A stretch of DNA of 64,000 nt. Source: Phoronis australis. Lineage: Eukaryota; Animalia; Phoronida. The position numbers were made by a program, and so were the translations under genes. Numbering within the stretch: the stretch's first letter is position 1; every line of letters begins with the position of its first letter. Location of the stretch: positions 1-64,000 of the forward strand of contig NMRA01000536.1 of the NCBI GenBank assembly GCA_002633005.1, given 5' to 3'. Positions 36,149 to 51,892 of this stretch are shown here, piece by piece. The notes beneath the pieces are model-generated. The model was not told the origin of the DNA, did not search any database, and saw only the letters and a program-made list of their open reading frames with translations.

Positions 36149-39100
36149 CTGACAAAAACAAGCCATTACTAAAACCTACGTATTATTTAGTATGCATGGG
36201 AAATCATCAATTCTACAAAGATGTCAGCTTCAACTTGTCTAGTGATAAAGGGCACACTCTCTCCAGGGCTATTAACATGTGAACAATGGGGACCGACTAA
36301 CACCGTGATCTAATCAGACATAAAATAATGTGCAAGAAAACCAAGGTAGGATTCAGAAATGGCTTACATCTCACAGTACGAAACTGGATAATGAAACTTC
36401 TAGTTTGCGGATGCCAACAGTGCCAATAATTTTACGACTTGTCCCAGAAAATGGTCTCGTAAAATTACATTTATGGTTTAGACTATGTGTTCCCACAAAA
36501 AATGTGATTTTAGGCTCTCACAAATGCCGGATGATTTTGGGAAAAAGGCAAAATCGAATCTCAAGATTAGACCAAAAAATCACACCAATCGCCATCCTTT
36601 TTGGTACCTTCTCATAATGATTCTAAACCATGATGCTTTGGAACTAGACCCCACCAATTGCATATTTTTTGATACTGTTTTTATATTTACAAGTAAGTTT
36701 CACAACACATTTTGAAACCGACGGTAAATATGACAAGATTTTCGACATCAGGATTCAGGTTAGTCAGAGCAGTCTGAATTCTCACACAAAGCAAATTCCT
36801 TCGTCACCGCATCATCTAGATCGAACCAATCAGAAGCCATCTATGGTATGATACATTGCAACACCGCGTTGATGATGACAAAAGTTTACGGTAACCTATC
36901 TCCTCAAAATGTACATATTATCTACCTACACCAGTATACCCAAGTGACACATTGGAATATAGCTCGCTAATGTTCATGTCCGTAATTACATTTGCATAGA
37001 TATAGACGCTGCTATCATTTCACTGGCACAACCTGTTCACCTATTTCTAGGAGCTGAGAAAGCTGACAATGGTCTCTCGTGGGCTGCAAAAGTCAACACA
37101 TGGTCAGCCATGTACGACCAATCATTTATCAACATGACATGATATTAAAAAGGATATTTTTATCAACAATTAAAAACCTACCAAGCTCTTTGAATTTCCA
37201 AAGATATTAAACTGGTCTTAAGGTCTTCTACCAGACTACTGACAAAAATCTGAAGTCAATAATCTTGTAGTTCAAACTTCCAGATGTACCTGTCACCTAC
37301 TATCAAATGTTGCATTTTTCACAGACAATTAGTCTAGGTGTTAAGAAACTAAACAGTCAGTTAAGAAACTAAAATCTGAAAATATCACTTTTCCAATACA
37401 CATAATGTAGTATGGTGCAGTATGTAAAATTATCTTCAATTTAGGATACAGTATGGTCAGCAAGTGAAACTTAATTTTCATTTTTGCTTGCAGCATGCGT
37501 AACACCAAATTAAATGCTTTTCCATGTTCAAATTCTGTTTCACAGCTACCCGCAAAAATGTGGGCATTCAGAACAATGTTAGAAGCCTATGAAAAATGAA
37601 AAAAGGGTAGTTTAGCAATTGTTTTTGTTCAAAATGTGTGAGATTTTACCCCGTTTGATCACAAAAATAGAATGTTTAGCTGCGGAATAAGAAAAATAAC
37701 CTCAATGATAAGTCATGTTTTTCAAGAGCTCTAGTCTATTTACCCACTTAAGAGAAACACAGATTTTCATTTGCTTAGATTCTAATGGCCAATTTAGATA
37801 AAGCAGAAACCATCTCAGCACCTGAGTGTTTTCACCATAATGCCTCCAGGGTGAGCTGACTCAGCACACTTAACTGCTGGGATGAGTAAACATAACTGGT
37901 CAAAAGTTAGACCTTGAAGGGCCAACTCTCACCTGATTAAGTTCAATTGGGCCAGGAGAGGTTTTCAATGGGTAATCTCATTGGAGTAGTATTGTAAGTT
38001 AATAGGTATTTAACCAGGCACTTGACTGATAAGATTTCACTGGACAAATAGAACAACAATGGTGAAGTGTGCTGGGCACGTGCAGTGAAATGGAACGCCA
38101 CCAGCCAGGTTACAATTATTGTGTGATATGAATATATCAATGTGTAATCCACAATTACGATGTGATAGGACATCACCGTCAGCCATTAAACACGGGAACC
38201 ACGTGCACGCAACCTAAAAAGTAGTGTAGAGGAAACACTGCGTAGGGGAGACACTTCACTTTCCCACAAACTGTGCAAATCTATTTGTTTATTTAAGGTT
38301 AAACAATTATGTTTTAACCCGTGAGAAAAATGTTATCAGCGCTGAAAACTAATATTGCATTTGAAAAAAAACACATCACTCAAACTGTCACCAAAACCGA
38401 GCAGGCCTTTAATACGACAATGGGATGTCAACAAAGCAAAACAACAGCTCCAAAAATATCAATGTCCAGACAAGTATTTCAGTAAATATTGGGCTAGGCT
38501 AATGGTTTCAAACACACTGCAAGAACATGGCAAGTAAAGTCATAATAGCCATGTTTTACGTCCTATGCCGATTTCTAACAGGATCACATTATGGTGCAGC
38601 ACCTCTTTGCTATCGAAACATGAAATGAAAACAATAAATAACTTGCACAGTCAACACTGGAATACCAAATTGTGCTAACAGCTTAGCCTGGGATTAATCT
38701 TGAAAGACCTGTCATTACTAAAGTGGGCGGTGCAAGATCAGGTTAATATTCAAATGGGAAAGTGCGCACATGACTGAACCATCGATCTCTAGATGATGAT
38801 GAAAATAAATCCCGTTAAGGCACTAGACCGCATTCAGGTATTCGTGGCTGCTATTGATCCAGGGTCTTGTGAACGGGTATGTACAAATACTGGGTATTTA
38901 CAGCCGAGATGGAACGGTGCTTAATTCGAGTGGAAGATGTCAGGGCCTCGGGCAGGATCAGCACCAACTGGCATAGTTTGAATGCAAACAGATTATAACA
39001 GTCGACTAAACACCTCGATTGGTATTGTCCTTTGTGACGGCGGAGATCAAATTAAATTCCATATAATCTAGAGGTTTTTGGTATCCAATTAAATTCTGCA

Positions 39101-42100
39101 AATGAGAGGTTCTTATTATTTGTTTTCCTTGGTTGTGGAGTAATTAATATCAGAAACTGAATACAGTAGAGACATTGACAACAAGCAATTATGAGTGCTT
39201 TGCAAGAACAATGGATCTCGTTTTGAAATGAGCAGTTTGTAATTACCGACATATTAGAAAAGGGAAACGGCAACTGATTAGACTTACAAAGGGTTGGAAT
39301 TTTAATATTTCCTAAAACAAATCAGCCATGTTCACTTTATTGGATTGATCAAGTGATTAGAGCAATGGTTTAGGTAATCTGTTTTTAATTTCCTCTAAAC
39401 TGAACTGGGAGAACATTTTAAAGTGAAATCAAAACCATGAGACTGATGACGGTGTAAAACAGAAATTTCTTTACAAATAATTATGAAGGAATAAAAATGA
39501 AGAATTCTGAACAACATGTCAAAAATTACAAACTAAACATAAACCAAATGGGACATTTTATGAGTAGCAGTGAGTGGCATAAGGAAATTTCCATCATGAA
39601 GATGATATGTATTTGCAAATATTTCTCTCAGTTTTTCATAAATAACAAACACAATATGATTGAGGTAGTGTTTACGCCCCCAAGAAATGCCAGTTGCTGG
39701 TAATGTCACAAAGTTTATCTGCTTTTGTTCCCTCCCATGTAACAATACAACAATTCCTCAATTACTTAGCTAAGGAATGGCTGACAAGCAAAATTCTATT
39801 CTGTCAAATTTTTCTAAAAAGAAAAAAGAATATTTTAGTCTATTACTGGCAGTAGCAGACACTAAAAACAACAATTACAATTGCTAACAGCAAAGTAATC
39901 CGCCTTTGAAAAATGGAAAAATCATAAGTTTGGTAATTATTTTTGTACGAATTACCAAAATGGTATTCACTTGAAAATGACTTGATGTCATGTGAACTCA
40001 GAGGCTTTCCCAACAGCGCGGCTACTGTATTCAGAAAAATAGTTTCCTCAGTTAAAAGCACATCTTATGGACCAGATAAACTCAGTCCACTGACTCACAA
40101 ACACAGCTCATGGAAAGCCAGACACGACTTAGCAACTGCCCGAAACAAGGTTCACCACGGACTGCCAAACACGGTGGTGGGCTCACAGAACAAGGCTTAT
40201 GCACCCGAAAATCCATAACCTTACTCACCAACACCGCCCACAGACAGCCCATTCGGAGACGCAAGGAATACACTACCAAAAAATTTGCTTACTATCTGAA
40301 ATGTTTTCCTTGATTTTGACATCCACCTATGAGTTCAGTCGAGGAGACTTCGGAAGGCGTGTATCTGGTGCGATCATACTCTTCCTCCGAGTATTGATCG
40401 ATTAGTTCAAGCAAATTCTTATTCTAATCACCAATTCTTAACTTTGAATAAAACAATCAAATTTAAGAATTGGATAAGATAGCCATCCATTTCGCATTAA
40501 AAGATTTGCTTGCAGAAAGTATAATGATAAACAGCTAGGGTCCGGGATGCTTCTATTTTGGGGCCAAATATCAGCTCCATTCATCACTGAAAAGTATTTT
40601 AAAATCACACCATACTGCCATCATTAGGCCCAAAATTTCCCTAAAATGACTAAAAAACACCCCCACACACAGAAACACTCCTAACTCCCATAGTCCTTCA
40701 AATTGGTGGTGGTTGTTGAAGACACAGGGGGGCCCTGACAAAGATGTCCCCATTAACAAAGACAACACATGGAGATAAAGACAGCAATGATTAGTACGTT
40801 ATCTTTATTGGTAATTACAGATCACCTACAGCATTGAATTGGAACAGCATTGTCACAAACTGCTCGAGTCCATTTCCACCCAACATATGGCCAGGGAATC
40901 TACAGACCCAAGCTCACTCTTAATGACTGGTCTCTGAAGGTGCTCTAGCAATTAAAAGGATCAATTAGTGTAACCAGCAAACCGGCAAGATGTTTGGTTA
41001 GGGAAAGGACAGCAGCTCCCTCTAGATTTCCATGCAGCAACTTTCCAATACACAATGTTAGTTTTCATGGTACCCCATAACAAAATTTTGTCAATGGTCC
41101 ACAGTAGCCAGTATAACTACTAGTATTTCGGATGGTCGAAATTCCCGAGAAAACTGTGTTGAGATAACAGTTGTCTAACTCCTCAAAATGTTTCTTTCAC
41201 TTTTTCACGAAGCTTGGTAGACTAGCGAGCAACAGTCGATTACAGATGACCCAAATTTAGAGAACCAGTTTGATGGCTTTAATCCTAAAGAGAAAACTAG
41301 TTCTTAAAACATGACCTCATTGAAAATGATTTTATGCCCACTAGCCAATAGATTCAAATTGGTGTCCAGTCTAAAGTCATTGAAGACCTCAAGATTTCAT
41401 TAGGGCAACATTGCATGATGTTGAACTTTCAACTTGTGCTCCATTTTTAAACCAATTTTTGTCGGCTCAGCTACGTTTATTCTACCTTACTGTTTTGCAT
41501 GTTACGCATTACAAACCGGTGTACCTCATACCTTGTGTGCATAGGGTGAGGTACAAGTCTATTTTCGTTCGAAAAAGCCAGTCATAAAGCATCTACCTTG
41601 TGTGTACTTTTCATCATTGCTGGCATGACAAAACAAACTGGGGAATGGATTGATAACAAAGCGGTATCTGCTAGTTGCGTGTCATCAGCACTCAGTGACC
41701 TATAGCGCTTACCACTGGCCAGTGACGAGAAAAATCTGCAAAATGGGCCTCCTAGAAAAGCAAGCATAACAGCAGGTAATAAGTTGCACAAGGGCAGACC
41801 CACGTCACTTAATTACCATTCAACCCTATTAAAAACCACTTCTAATCACAAGACTGGGAATGTGGAAACGCAGCGGCTAAATATTTGATGTTTAGAATCA
41901 AAACTCGATTATCAGCCATGTTTTCATACCTAATGGTGAGATTAGCTCAAATTGACCTGTGGAATTTTTTAGTCGCGAGATATCAGGAGACACCACGCTG
42001 AGTCATGACAGCCACCAACATGAACTTGAGATCGGGATGATGACAAGATCACACTAGGCTAATCCATAAAAATTCACAACATTTGGAAACACGATTGATT

Positions 42101-43124
42101 AAATGTCAATCAAGTTCATATTCTGTCACCGATAACTGTTCACCTGACACTGTCATATGACTATTTGGACACGTATGTACTTCGACAAAAATGTGAGAAA
42201 TCATACACAAACTGCTTTCAAGGAAGAGCGTGGTTCAAATTTACCACAAGGGGAAAAACGTCCCTTGTTTTGATAATTTCACTCCTAGGCTGCAAAACAA
42301 GAAGCACAAAAATGGTTGGAACTATTTGTTTAAAGAAGTTAAACGTGTGAAAAGCATTTATAACCTCATGGCCTTCCTTCCTATTTCAAAAGTTAGAAGC
42401 AAAAATAACCTGGAAAGACTGAAATTTGAGCCCTTTTAGATAAACCCCCGAAAAAGTCCACCGACACTAGGGTAACTCTTCCCATGTTTGACTGACAGCA
42501 TAATGGGGGAGGCAGTAGATTGCAATTTCCATGTTCTGAAGAAAAATGAACAAATGAATGTTAATATTGTACAAAAGTTTCAGCGACAACGGTTTATTTT
42601 TGTAGAAAGTAAGCCATTGTTTGAACATGAAAAATGACAATTTCAGAATTTTTGTTGGTAAGAAATCACCAATTTATTCTATGTTTTTAGGTTTTTCCTG
42701 TTTTTAATCATGAAATGATTCAGAAGTATATTATTGTTGTGTTCGTGTGGATCTTACCATACCTAGCACTGCAGTGGCCCTTTCACTCTCAGTTATGAGC
42801 GTTTATTATCACACAAAGAGCAGACTATCTGCTTAATTTATCAGAGGCAGGTTATTCCAGAGGGAAGTTGCAATATTATCTTAATATTTACAGGAGTGCT
42901 CACTCTACGTGAACCGCTTATCTCCAGTTTGCAAAGAGCCTGGCTGAGAGATGTAAGGGTTGCCGTTCACCACAAGGGGTCACCGTGCATGTCTCACCTT
43001 CAGACAATGAAAGTGGAAGTCCGTGTTCAATTGGAGAGTCATGCAACCATTAATGTTTTAGCCCAGAAATTACATCCATGGGGAGCCCACCTAATCATCA
43101 GTGAACTTGTGAAAATCTACCAAA

Positions 43125-43212
43125 TGTGAGCAAAATTTTTTTAAGGAGCTATACGTGATATTAGAAAGTGTGAGCAAAATTTTTTGAAGGAGCTATACAT
43201 GATATTAGAAAG
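43125..43212. repeat. 44-bp tandem duplication
   Basis: tgtgagcaaaatttttt(t/g)aaggagctatac(g/a)tgatattagaaag x2. Confidence 0.93.
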
Positions 43213-46200
43213 TGCAATGGTGTTTTAATTAAATTACTAATCAATTTCTAAAACATTATTAAATATGTCTACAACATCAAATTTGATTGGTATGAAAAGA
43301 CATGGAAGGAAAAATGGTTCGTACATCGAATGCAGCAAAAAAAAAATTGAAGACAAGTACGACAATACAAAGATTTACCATATTAGTCGAAAATGTAGAA
43401 ATTGTGATAATGAAGAAAATTGCATTGTCAGTCAGACCCTGTGCATTAATTTACATATGGCTACACCCCATCTGAATTATTGTTTGTAATCAACATTCCT
43501 GTTCCTTGCTACTGGGTTAAATACAAATTAAATTTATACAAAATATCAAGACTAAGGAATTCACAAAAAACTTGTAATCTCAAAAGTAGAGCTTAACAAC
43601 TGCTAGAGGAATAAAATTGTGCCTCACTGTGCGGATGCCGGCACCTGCCTTCACCGTCAACAACTTCCGTCACCACCGACACAATCAAGGATTCCTAGGA
43701 CAAGGCACACGTGAAGAACGCCATATCCACCTGCCAACCCCGAGTTGTCCAGGGTTCAGAATGACAATAAATTTAGCCAACTGCCTTCTGATCTCTGATA
43801 TAACAGATTATGAAAGGATCTCCAGTTAGACAACACACTAGATCAGTTGAACAGCTCGGTTACTCAAGTGACTGTTGAATTCTTGACAAAGACTACCAGT
43901 TGAGAACCAAACAGATCCTTGTCTGTGGAGTGCATGATTCGAGATGTTCAGCAGACTTCAAATGTTGAAAAGGAAATGTTTCTGGAGTTATTAATTCTTG
44001 ATGACTAGAAGGGGAGGGGGCTTTGGGGATTAATCGAAGATTACACTAAATTTGTCCTGATTAATGTTCAAATAAAAATTGTTAATTTTTACTTGCATAT
44101 CAAGTGACAGTAAAATAAAATATGCGGTTTATCGCAACCAGTGAATCGACGAATCACACATCAGCGAATACTCAAAGCCTCTTCTATATATATATTTATT
44201 TTTATCAAGAAAGATTTTCAAATAATAAATTGTTTTGAGAAGTGCTGACGAATAAAAACTACCCAGACACATTTTCACAAACCACCACAGTAGCAACCGA
44301 ACTGACATGATATACAACACCAATCAGGTAAACCTCAATCACTCAACACTGCATTCCATTAGGTAGCTGCCACTTTCTGAAACACCCAAAAATCACATAC
44401 CTTTAGCCTTCAGTGCCAGTGCCAAGAAGAAATCAACCCCTTCCTCATACACAATGGGCTGGCGACCGATCGTCATTTTTGAAAAGCAATCTAGCACAAA
44501 ATAATATGTAAGAACTCACTAAGCGTTTAATAGAAAAAAGATACAAACAAAGGAACATGATCTTCAAACAGCCTTTAATCCAATTATTCAGAAGGTTGAT
44601 GCAGACAAAATGACTTTGAAGACTGTACATTTGTTTAATAATAATAGTAACAATAACAATAACATCAATAATAATAATAACTGAGGCAATTTTATCATAA
44701 AAGATTAAACACTAATGTATTTTTAAATTAACATGATGAAAATCAGTCACTTAATTGAACAGAAAGTTAACACAAATAGAAGGCTCACCTTACAAGATGA
44801 ACTGAAAACTACAAGCTCCCTACTCTGCCGTTTAATATTTCTTGAAACACTTGTTCTAGTCAAAAGTCACCACATGTGTTCACCTTTTCCTGGCTAAGGT
44901 GTGGAATGAGCTGTGCTTATGTACAGCCAGGTATTTAAGCTATCACCCATGTGCCAGGGTAATTGTAATTTCAAAGCAAAACAGTGGACAGATTGTTTGA
45001 GATTATTATAATCTAATTGATCAGTATTTAAGACACCACTTTCACACAATACATCAGCAGAGACACCTGTTATAGTACAGATTTCCTGTGTGCTAATGGA
45101 CTACTCCAGTATAGGGGTAAACGAACAACATATCGAATTCTAACCATTTTAAATACACTTTTGTCAAGAGACAATGACACTTGTCACATTTAAAAAGAAA
45201 AACGTACCAGCAGTTAAGACTTTTTCTCATACAAAATGTATATTCTACAAAACAGTTCAGTCATCTATTCTGCCTATCACCCTTAAAGGGTGGACTATTC
45301 CGCAGCAGTTCTGATGCATTGATTCCACCAACCAATGAAGAATTCAACAGCTAGCACAGGTGATTGGTTGGTTAAAAAACAAGATAGTTATCTGTAGAAG
45401 CTGGAGGCATCCCATTACCTCTAAATGAAAGATCAAATTGAAGAACAACACTGATATTGTTGAGAAAGTGGAAATGGTATTTAGAATCACAGTGTTTATG
45501 TCAACAAAGGGTAGAACTGACCGGTCAAGGAACCGTTACTTCAGAAGACTTTCAAGTGTGTTATTTCAGAGGGTAAAAAATTCAAGAGACAAAACCAGCT
45601 CTTCCATTGAGTTATAAAATACAACTCAAGACAGACAAGGGACAATGAGATAGCCAGGGCAATCTAATTCACTTCCTGGTCATTTGGTTTACAGCAGGAT
45701 TGCCAGGGTCCAATACAATCAAATCCATTTCTCTCAAGTACAGACAACAACTGCTCAGAAGCAAATGCCCACCATTTAATTAAAGTCTAAAATCAAATGC
45801 AGCATGAGGCATGAAAATCAATTTGCTACAAACAACCACTTGTCTGTTTTGCACTGCAGGACAGGATAATTCCTGAATGTTGATTGTAAATTAGTACTTG
45901 TCCTCAACTATTGGAACTTGGCACAGGGACTGTCCAAACACCTCCCTGGGGGGTAGGGGCCATGACAACAGGATTCATGGTGATCAAAGGCTTAAGCAGA
46001 CAGTCAGGAAACAGGAAATGACATGTGCACACAACCCATCAAGAAGTGAGTATAGTCAATATAGGCACACATGCACATCAGCTAGTAATCTAATTAGACA
46101 GGTTGTGAACTGGAGTTTGTTTACACCTGAATACATGCTGTGTGAGATCTGGATGGGGGAAGTGTGGTGATTGTTGCCTAGGCAGGAAGTGGGGCACATG

Positions 46201-49200
46201 TGCAGGAGACTGCGCTAATGCCGATCAAATTATAATACGATTTTCAATATCTTCCGCCTAAATTAAATAATGTTCATGTAACTTCAACGCATCCAAGAAA
46301 GGAATTCAAATTTTCAAAATTCTCAACTTTTGGTCTGGTCTTCAATGGACCACACAAATTTCACTGGGAACATTTTTGAGAATTCACAGCAATGTAGCAA
46401 AACCCTTCGAAATAGATACCATGGTAATTTCAGAAATTGCTTTGTCCGAAATTTTAAAACGCAAAAAGAAAAAACGCGAAGCCTTAAGAAAACTACCACG
46501 AGAGACATTCCTACCAAAGCACCTGTAATCCCAATAACCGTGTTGGAAGTGGACTTTTTGATTTGGGACCTCTTCGTACGAAATTGGTTTCAACTAACTG
46601 TTCCCATATTAGCTAAGTGATCCCTGGGTTTAAAAAATTATCAGTTTGTTACTCCCTGATACTGTGCTGCAACACATAAACTGACATGCCAAATCAACTT
46701 ATAGAGCCTCCAGAAATAAGGAACTGCTAGTGGTTTTGAAGCCCTCAAATTACATTGATTTTACTAAGGAATACTTTGAGACCAATTTCATATTGAGTAA
46801 ATGCTCTAAAACAAATTCTATTTTTTGTGAAAAAAGGTTCTGGCTGATTTAAATAAACTTTCTTGACCAGTTTTAAGTTATATATTATATAACAAAACAT
46901 AATGTAATACAAATTATTATTGTTGTATACATCACAAGATTAAGAACAGCAAAACACAGGGAACACACAAGTCAAACGAAAATAAGTGAGCCAAGGTCAA
47001 GGGTTCAAGGAAATAAGCCTTTGAGTTGAAGTCTTCATTCCAATTAATTAATCAATCATTTTTGACAGTAATTATTTTCCTTTTTGTTTGGATGTGTAAT
47101 AGTTAGTAGATGTTTAGCAATTCTGCAGTTTGAGCCCATTTAGATTGACTGGAGAATACCTTTAAAACAGTGAATAGTTTATCAGCCTATACGCACACTA
47201 ACTGACAAAAACAGAACAGTTGTTCCAAGCTCTCAGTTGTCAAAAGCCCCATTGTACTTTTTGTATAGCTAAAACATAGAATTAACAAAGAAATGTATAA
47301 CTATCGGAGGACAATTATGTAATTAGAGGTGCATAACCAGAACACAATTTGTCATTAATTACATTACTCTGTTTATATTACAATGTAAAATGCATGGTGA
47401 CTCATTTGACAATTGTATATTGCCTAGTTAACTGACTGAGGGCTGCTATTGAGGAGTGGAGGAGTCAAATTTCTCCCCCAACCACCATTCATGCAGGAGC
47501 CATTGAGACTGTCGATCAGTTTCCATGATTGTGCGCAAGACAATGGCAACTTGAGAAGGAACGCGTGTCGGTCAGATTTTGGGCAACAGGAGCTTGGGGA
47601 GAAGCAAAAAATGGACCAATAGGAAGGGGCAAGAAGAGCAGAAGTGTGCCAGGACAGTGATCTTTTGTTATCTCCCCTGCAGCCAGTTAGAGCAATCCAC
47701 ATACAGGGTCTTATCTCATTCAAGGTTGACCAACCATAAAACTATAGAGCTCCCTAACCACACCAAACCACACATATTATTGTGAAACTGGAGGGCCAGA
47801 GAAAGAGGATATGAATAGGTTCTGTGATTGTAATAAATCTGTTTGTTAAATCCTCCTGGGTTAATGTTAAGGTTAACCTTGAAATGCCTTTGCTATTTAG
47901 GGAAGTTGCCCAGAAATAAATCAGAGAAAAAGGTAAATCACTTTGAAATAGAGCACAAGGTTAATTCTAACATCGAAATAAAACTATTAACACCATGGCA
48001 CAAACAACAAATCAAGGGTGCAATCTCTACTTTATAAAGGCAAGCACTTCTAAGTCCTAATTGCTTTTCCTCTTCATATGCTCCTGTTTATTTTCAAAAC
48101 TTGATCACTAATTCAGAGAAACCAACATGTTTTTCTTGAAGGTACAAGTGTTTATGTGTACACCTAATTGACAATAGACCAAGTTGTGGAATTTCTGGTG
48201 TAAGTGGTTTGTTAAAACCCTTGGTGACCTGTAGCAAAACAACAGGATGGTGTTGGGTTTCACTCTATGCACTTTGACCTATCTCTAGAAAAGAATTTTT
48301 CACGATATGTAAATTGATAGCCATAACTTCGCAGGCAACCTTTGAAGAATCACAATAAAAAAACAATGCAGTGGTCACTTTCCCCAAGACTGACACTCCC
48401 CTTACTTTTCGTATTACCCCTCTATGGGGGAGTCAATACTGCGAGTTCTCGGCTTTACACACCAGATGGCATAGTTGATTCACACTCGCATTGCACGTCG
48501 CGTCTTGTGGCGTTTACGTCCATGAGAGGAGAATTTAGTGCGCCTATTTTTCAAGGAGTTATGACGACTGTTTTAAGTCTGGGAGCTTACCTGCACACTG
48601 AAACACCTGGGAAAGCAACGTGTGCCTATAGAGCAAGGATTGCCTTTTTGCTCGATGCACAGCTTAGCTGCCATAAAAAATAATATTATTATTATTGCTA
48701 TTTCTCTCAGCAAGCCTTGACTACTTTTCCCACAGCTAAAGAGTATTTTGCCAAGAGAGCTAAACCAACAGTGTTTCCACAAAGCCGTGTTTTTGGGTTA
48801 AGCTCAAGAGGACACATTTTGAGTTAATATGTACGTTTGTTTGATCAAATTTTTTATAAGATGAAAGAAATAAAACAAAAGAATCAACCAAAAGTTAGAT
48901 TTGGTTACCCCACACACAGCACATTAGACAAAAGAAGTCAGAAAAAAAAGTTTTCTCGTCATGACAGACATTTCTGTTAACAGTAAAAATGACAGACCTA
49001 CAATAACTGTTATGACGGCAAAATTCTAATTACAGAATGGCTGAGGCCACCTTTAGTAATAGTCCTGCAACTTCCCGGTCATTCTCGGTCATCAGGGAAG
49101 ACTGCTCTGATGATTAATTTGGCTTCTCCCGGCCACCATGACTGGGAATTCTGGGACATTTTGAATGAATACTTGTCTTTGGCTTGCACTGTATGTTGTG

Positions 49201-50950
49201 AGCCATTCTTTGCAAGTGTACCTTCACATCAGGTAACTGAAATGGATTGGCCAAAAAAAATTCCGAAGGCGGGTGCACTTGAACCCGGTAGCTTCAACAT
49301 GCCGATGAACACTGAACTACTGTACACTTCCTTGTATTCGTGGTAAAATTATCTTAACTAAAGAACCTCTTATCCCAAGCATGCAATATCTATGAGATTA
49401 AGTTCTCCAGACAATTGTATAATGACCTTGCTGAGGAATGCAAATTAACCTGAACAACAATGAACAAGAAGACATTAAAAGACTTTAGTTGACTGCAAAT
49501 GGTATAATCTCACCAATATCGGACAAAAAATTGCCAAATTGCCCTCTTTTGCATTTTTCCAAGGCTAATAACATTGTTACATAAGCTCATCACTTTAAAA
49601 ATATTGTCTGGTGGTAGCTGTGGTACAAAGATTGAACATGGACAAACATACATGTCATTTATGAAAAAATAAGAAAATGAAATTTCAGTTATCCGCCACA
49701 TTGTTTTGTTGAGTAGGATTTATCATACATAGACTTGGATGGAGTTAAAGATAATCCAATGCTAAATCACCAATATACCTCAGCCAAAATTGAACAGCCA
49801 TTTGACACCAGGGCGTACATTCTGACATTACTTTGCCTGAGAAGTGTCAGCTATCTAATTTTAAATGAAAACTAAAAAAATTCAAACCAACCATCTGATT
49901 AAAAAATGATGCAAAAGCTTTGCTTTCAATATCTCTAAAGAACACCAAGAAAAAATATGAAGAAAAAGGCAAACAAACTAGAGATTGGTATTTCAAGTCA
50001 TAAAAACGTCATTGAACAAGTTCTATTTATTGAACAGCAACTCTGAACTCTTTGTTTTTCACTTATTTCTTATCTCCTACATACTGGGAATGGGTTGAGA
50101 TGACGTCAGTCTATCATAGACGGAATTTCCAAGAACATGGAGAGATTCAATACCGCTGAATGCTACCCAAAGCATCACTTTATCAGGAAACAAGGTACAC
50201 CCTTTACATTAGTATTAGATTATGGTACGCATAAATTTAGGCAAGGTATAACTTTAAGAGACAAACTTAGAGAGAAAATGTTTTTAGAGATCGGCCCCAA
50301 GACAGACAAACTCACATCACCAGTGGCAATCCAACATTTTGCTAGAAGTGGAGGTAAACCACTCGATAAACATAAAATATTTGCATATTTAAATGACCAA
50401 GTCATTAGTCTGGGTCTCAACGAATGACAGGCAAACGAGAATTAGCAACTTGTAATAAAACCACAAAACAATGGATTTTGCTGTTCTAATATCTAGCTGG
50501 TCACCACTAATTTTACCTCAACAATAAACCAAAAATGCATTTTTGTCCCTAAAACCGATTACGTCCCTTTAAACTGGAATAATTTTACTTTTTTATTTTA
50601 ATTGCAAGTTGTCTGGTACACATTGTTGCAGACATGCGCAGGCCCATTGCACTGATCAAGTGGAACGTGCTTTATGAACTTTAACACTGAGCTGAAGAGC
50701 TAGAGACCTATTCACCTCTTTCACGAACGCGGGGCGCTGCTGTCGTGTTGATCGAAAACGAGGCGCCTTGACAAACATGGCATCGTCCTGCAAGGTGTTG
50801 TGGTCAAAAGACTTATCAACGTTACCAAAAATCAAGTTGTCTGATGTTGACTTGATCTCCAAAAAACATACCAATACTTACGGCAACTAGACTTTTACCC
50901 TCCTCAGCCATTCCTTAGTAGTTTTCCCTCTTTTGAAAAAGTGTGGAAGT

Positions 50951-51892
50951 CAGGGATATACCCAGGCTTTTAGTCTTGAAAAACCCTGCTCGCCAGCTGG
51001 GCGAGTGCCGGAGCCAGAAAATCTACTCGCCAAGCTCGAAGTTCGGTCACCCGGCCGTTGGCGCCAGTCACCACAAACTTGCTGCTAATTTAAATAAAAA
51101 TCATCGTTTCGTGCACTGATGTCACCATCTATTAGGGCTACCGTATTCGCTCTAATAAGCGCCCAGGGGGACTCTTTTTGTCAGTAGCCTACGTCAGTTA
51201 AAACCTGGTCTCCGAAACGGGTGAAATCGGAAGCTAGGATTCATCAAATTTACGCGCTGTGACGTATGTGTAACCTATGACAGACTAGCTACAAAACTGT
51301 GGTGCATTGCTATCAAACTCTGTTTTTAAATTACGATCTTTTTAAAAAANNNNNNNNNNNNNNNNNNNNNNNNNNNNNNNNNNNNNNNNNNNNNNNNNNN
51401 NNNNNNNNNNNNNNNNNNNNNNNNNNNNNNNNNNNNNNNNNNNNNNNNNNNNNNNNNNNNNNNNNNNNNNNNNNNNNNNNNNNNNNNNNNNNNNNNNNNN
51501 NNNNNNNNNNNNNNNNNNNNNNNNNNNNNNNNNNNNNNNNNNNNNNNNNNNNNNNNNNNNNNNNNNNNNNNNNNNNNNNNNNNNNNNNNNNNNNNNNNNN
51601 NNNNNNNNNNNNNNNNNNNNNNNNNNNNNNNNNNNNNNNNNNNNNNNNGTCGCACTGCGCCGATGTTTTTTACTGCCGGAGCATCGACACGATGACCAAA
51701 CTGAATCTTAAATTCATGATAAAAACAGCACAAGGAGGAGGAAAATTATTCATATTCATCTGTGAAACGATATATAGTGCTTTTGCGCTCTGAAATTCGC
51801 TCGCCACCGGGCGACCGGCAAGTCAACTTCTACTCGCCCAGCACCATTTTTACTCGCATTGGCGACTGGGCGAATGGCTAAGTATATCCCTG
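50951..51892. mobile_element. Nested hAT-like MITE spanning the assembly gap
   Basis: Perfect 11-bp TIR CAGGGATATAC / GTATATCCCTG and repeated subterminal CTCGCC motifs at both ends; no clean 8-bp TSD. Confidence 0.65.
51350..51648. other. Assembly gap (299 N)
   Basis: Run of N. Confidence 1.
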
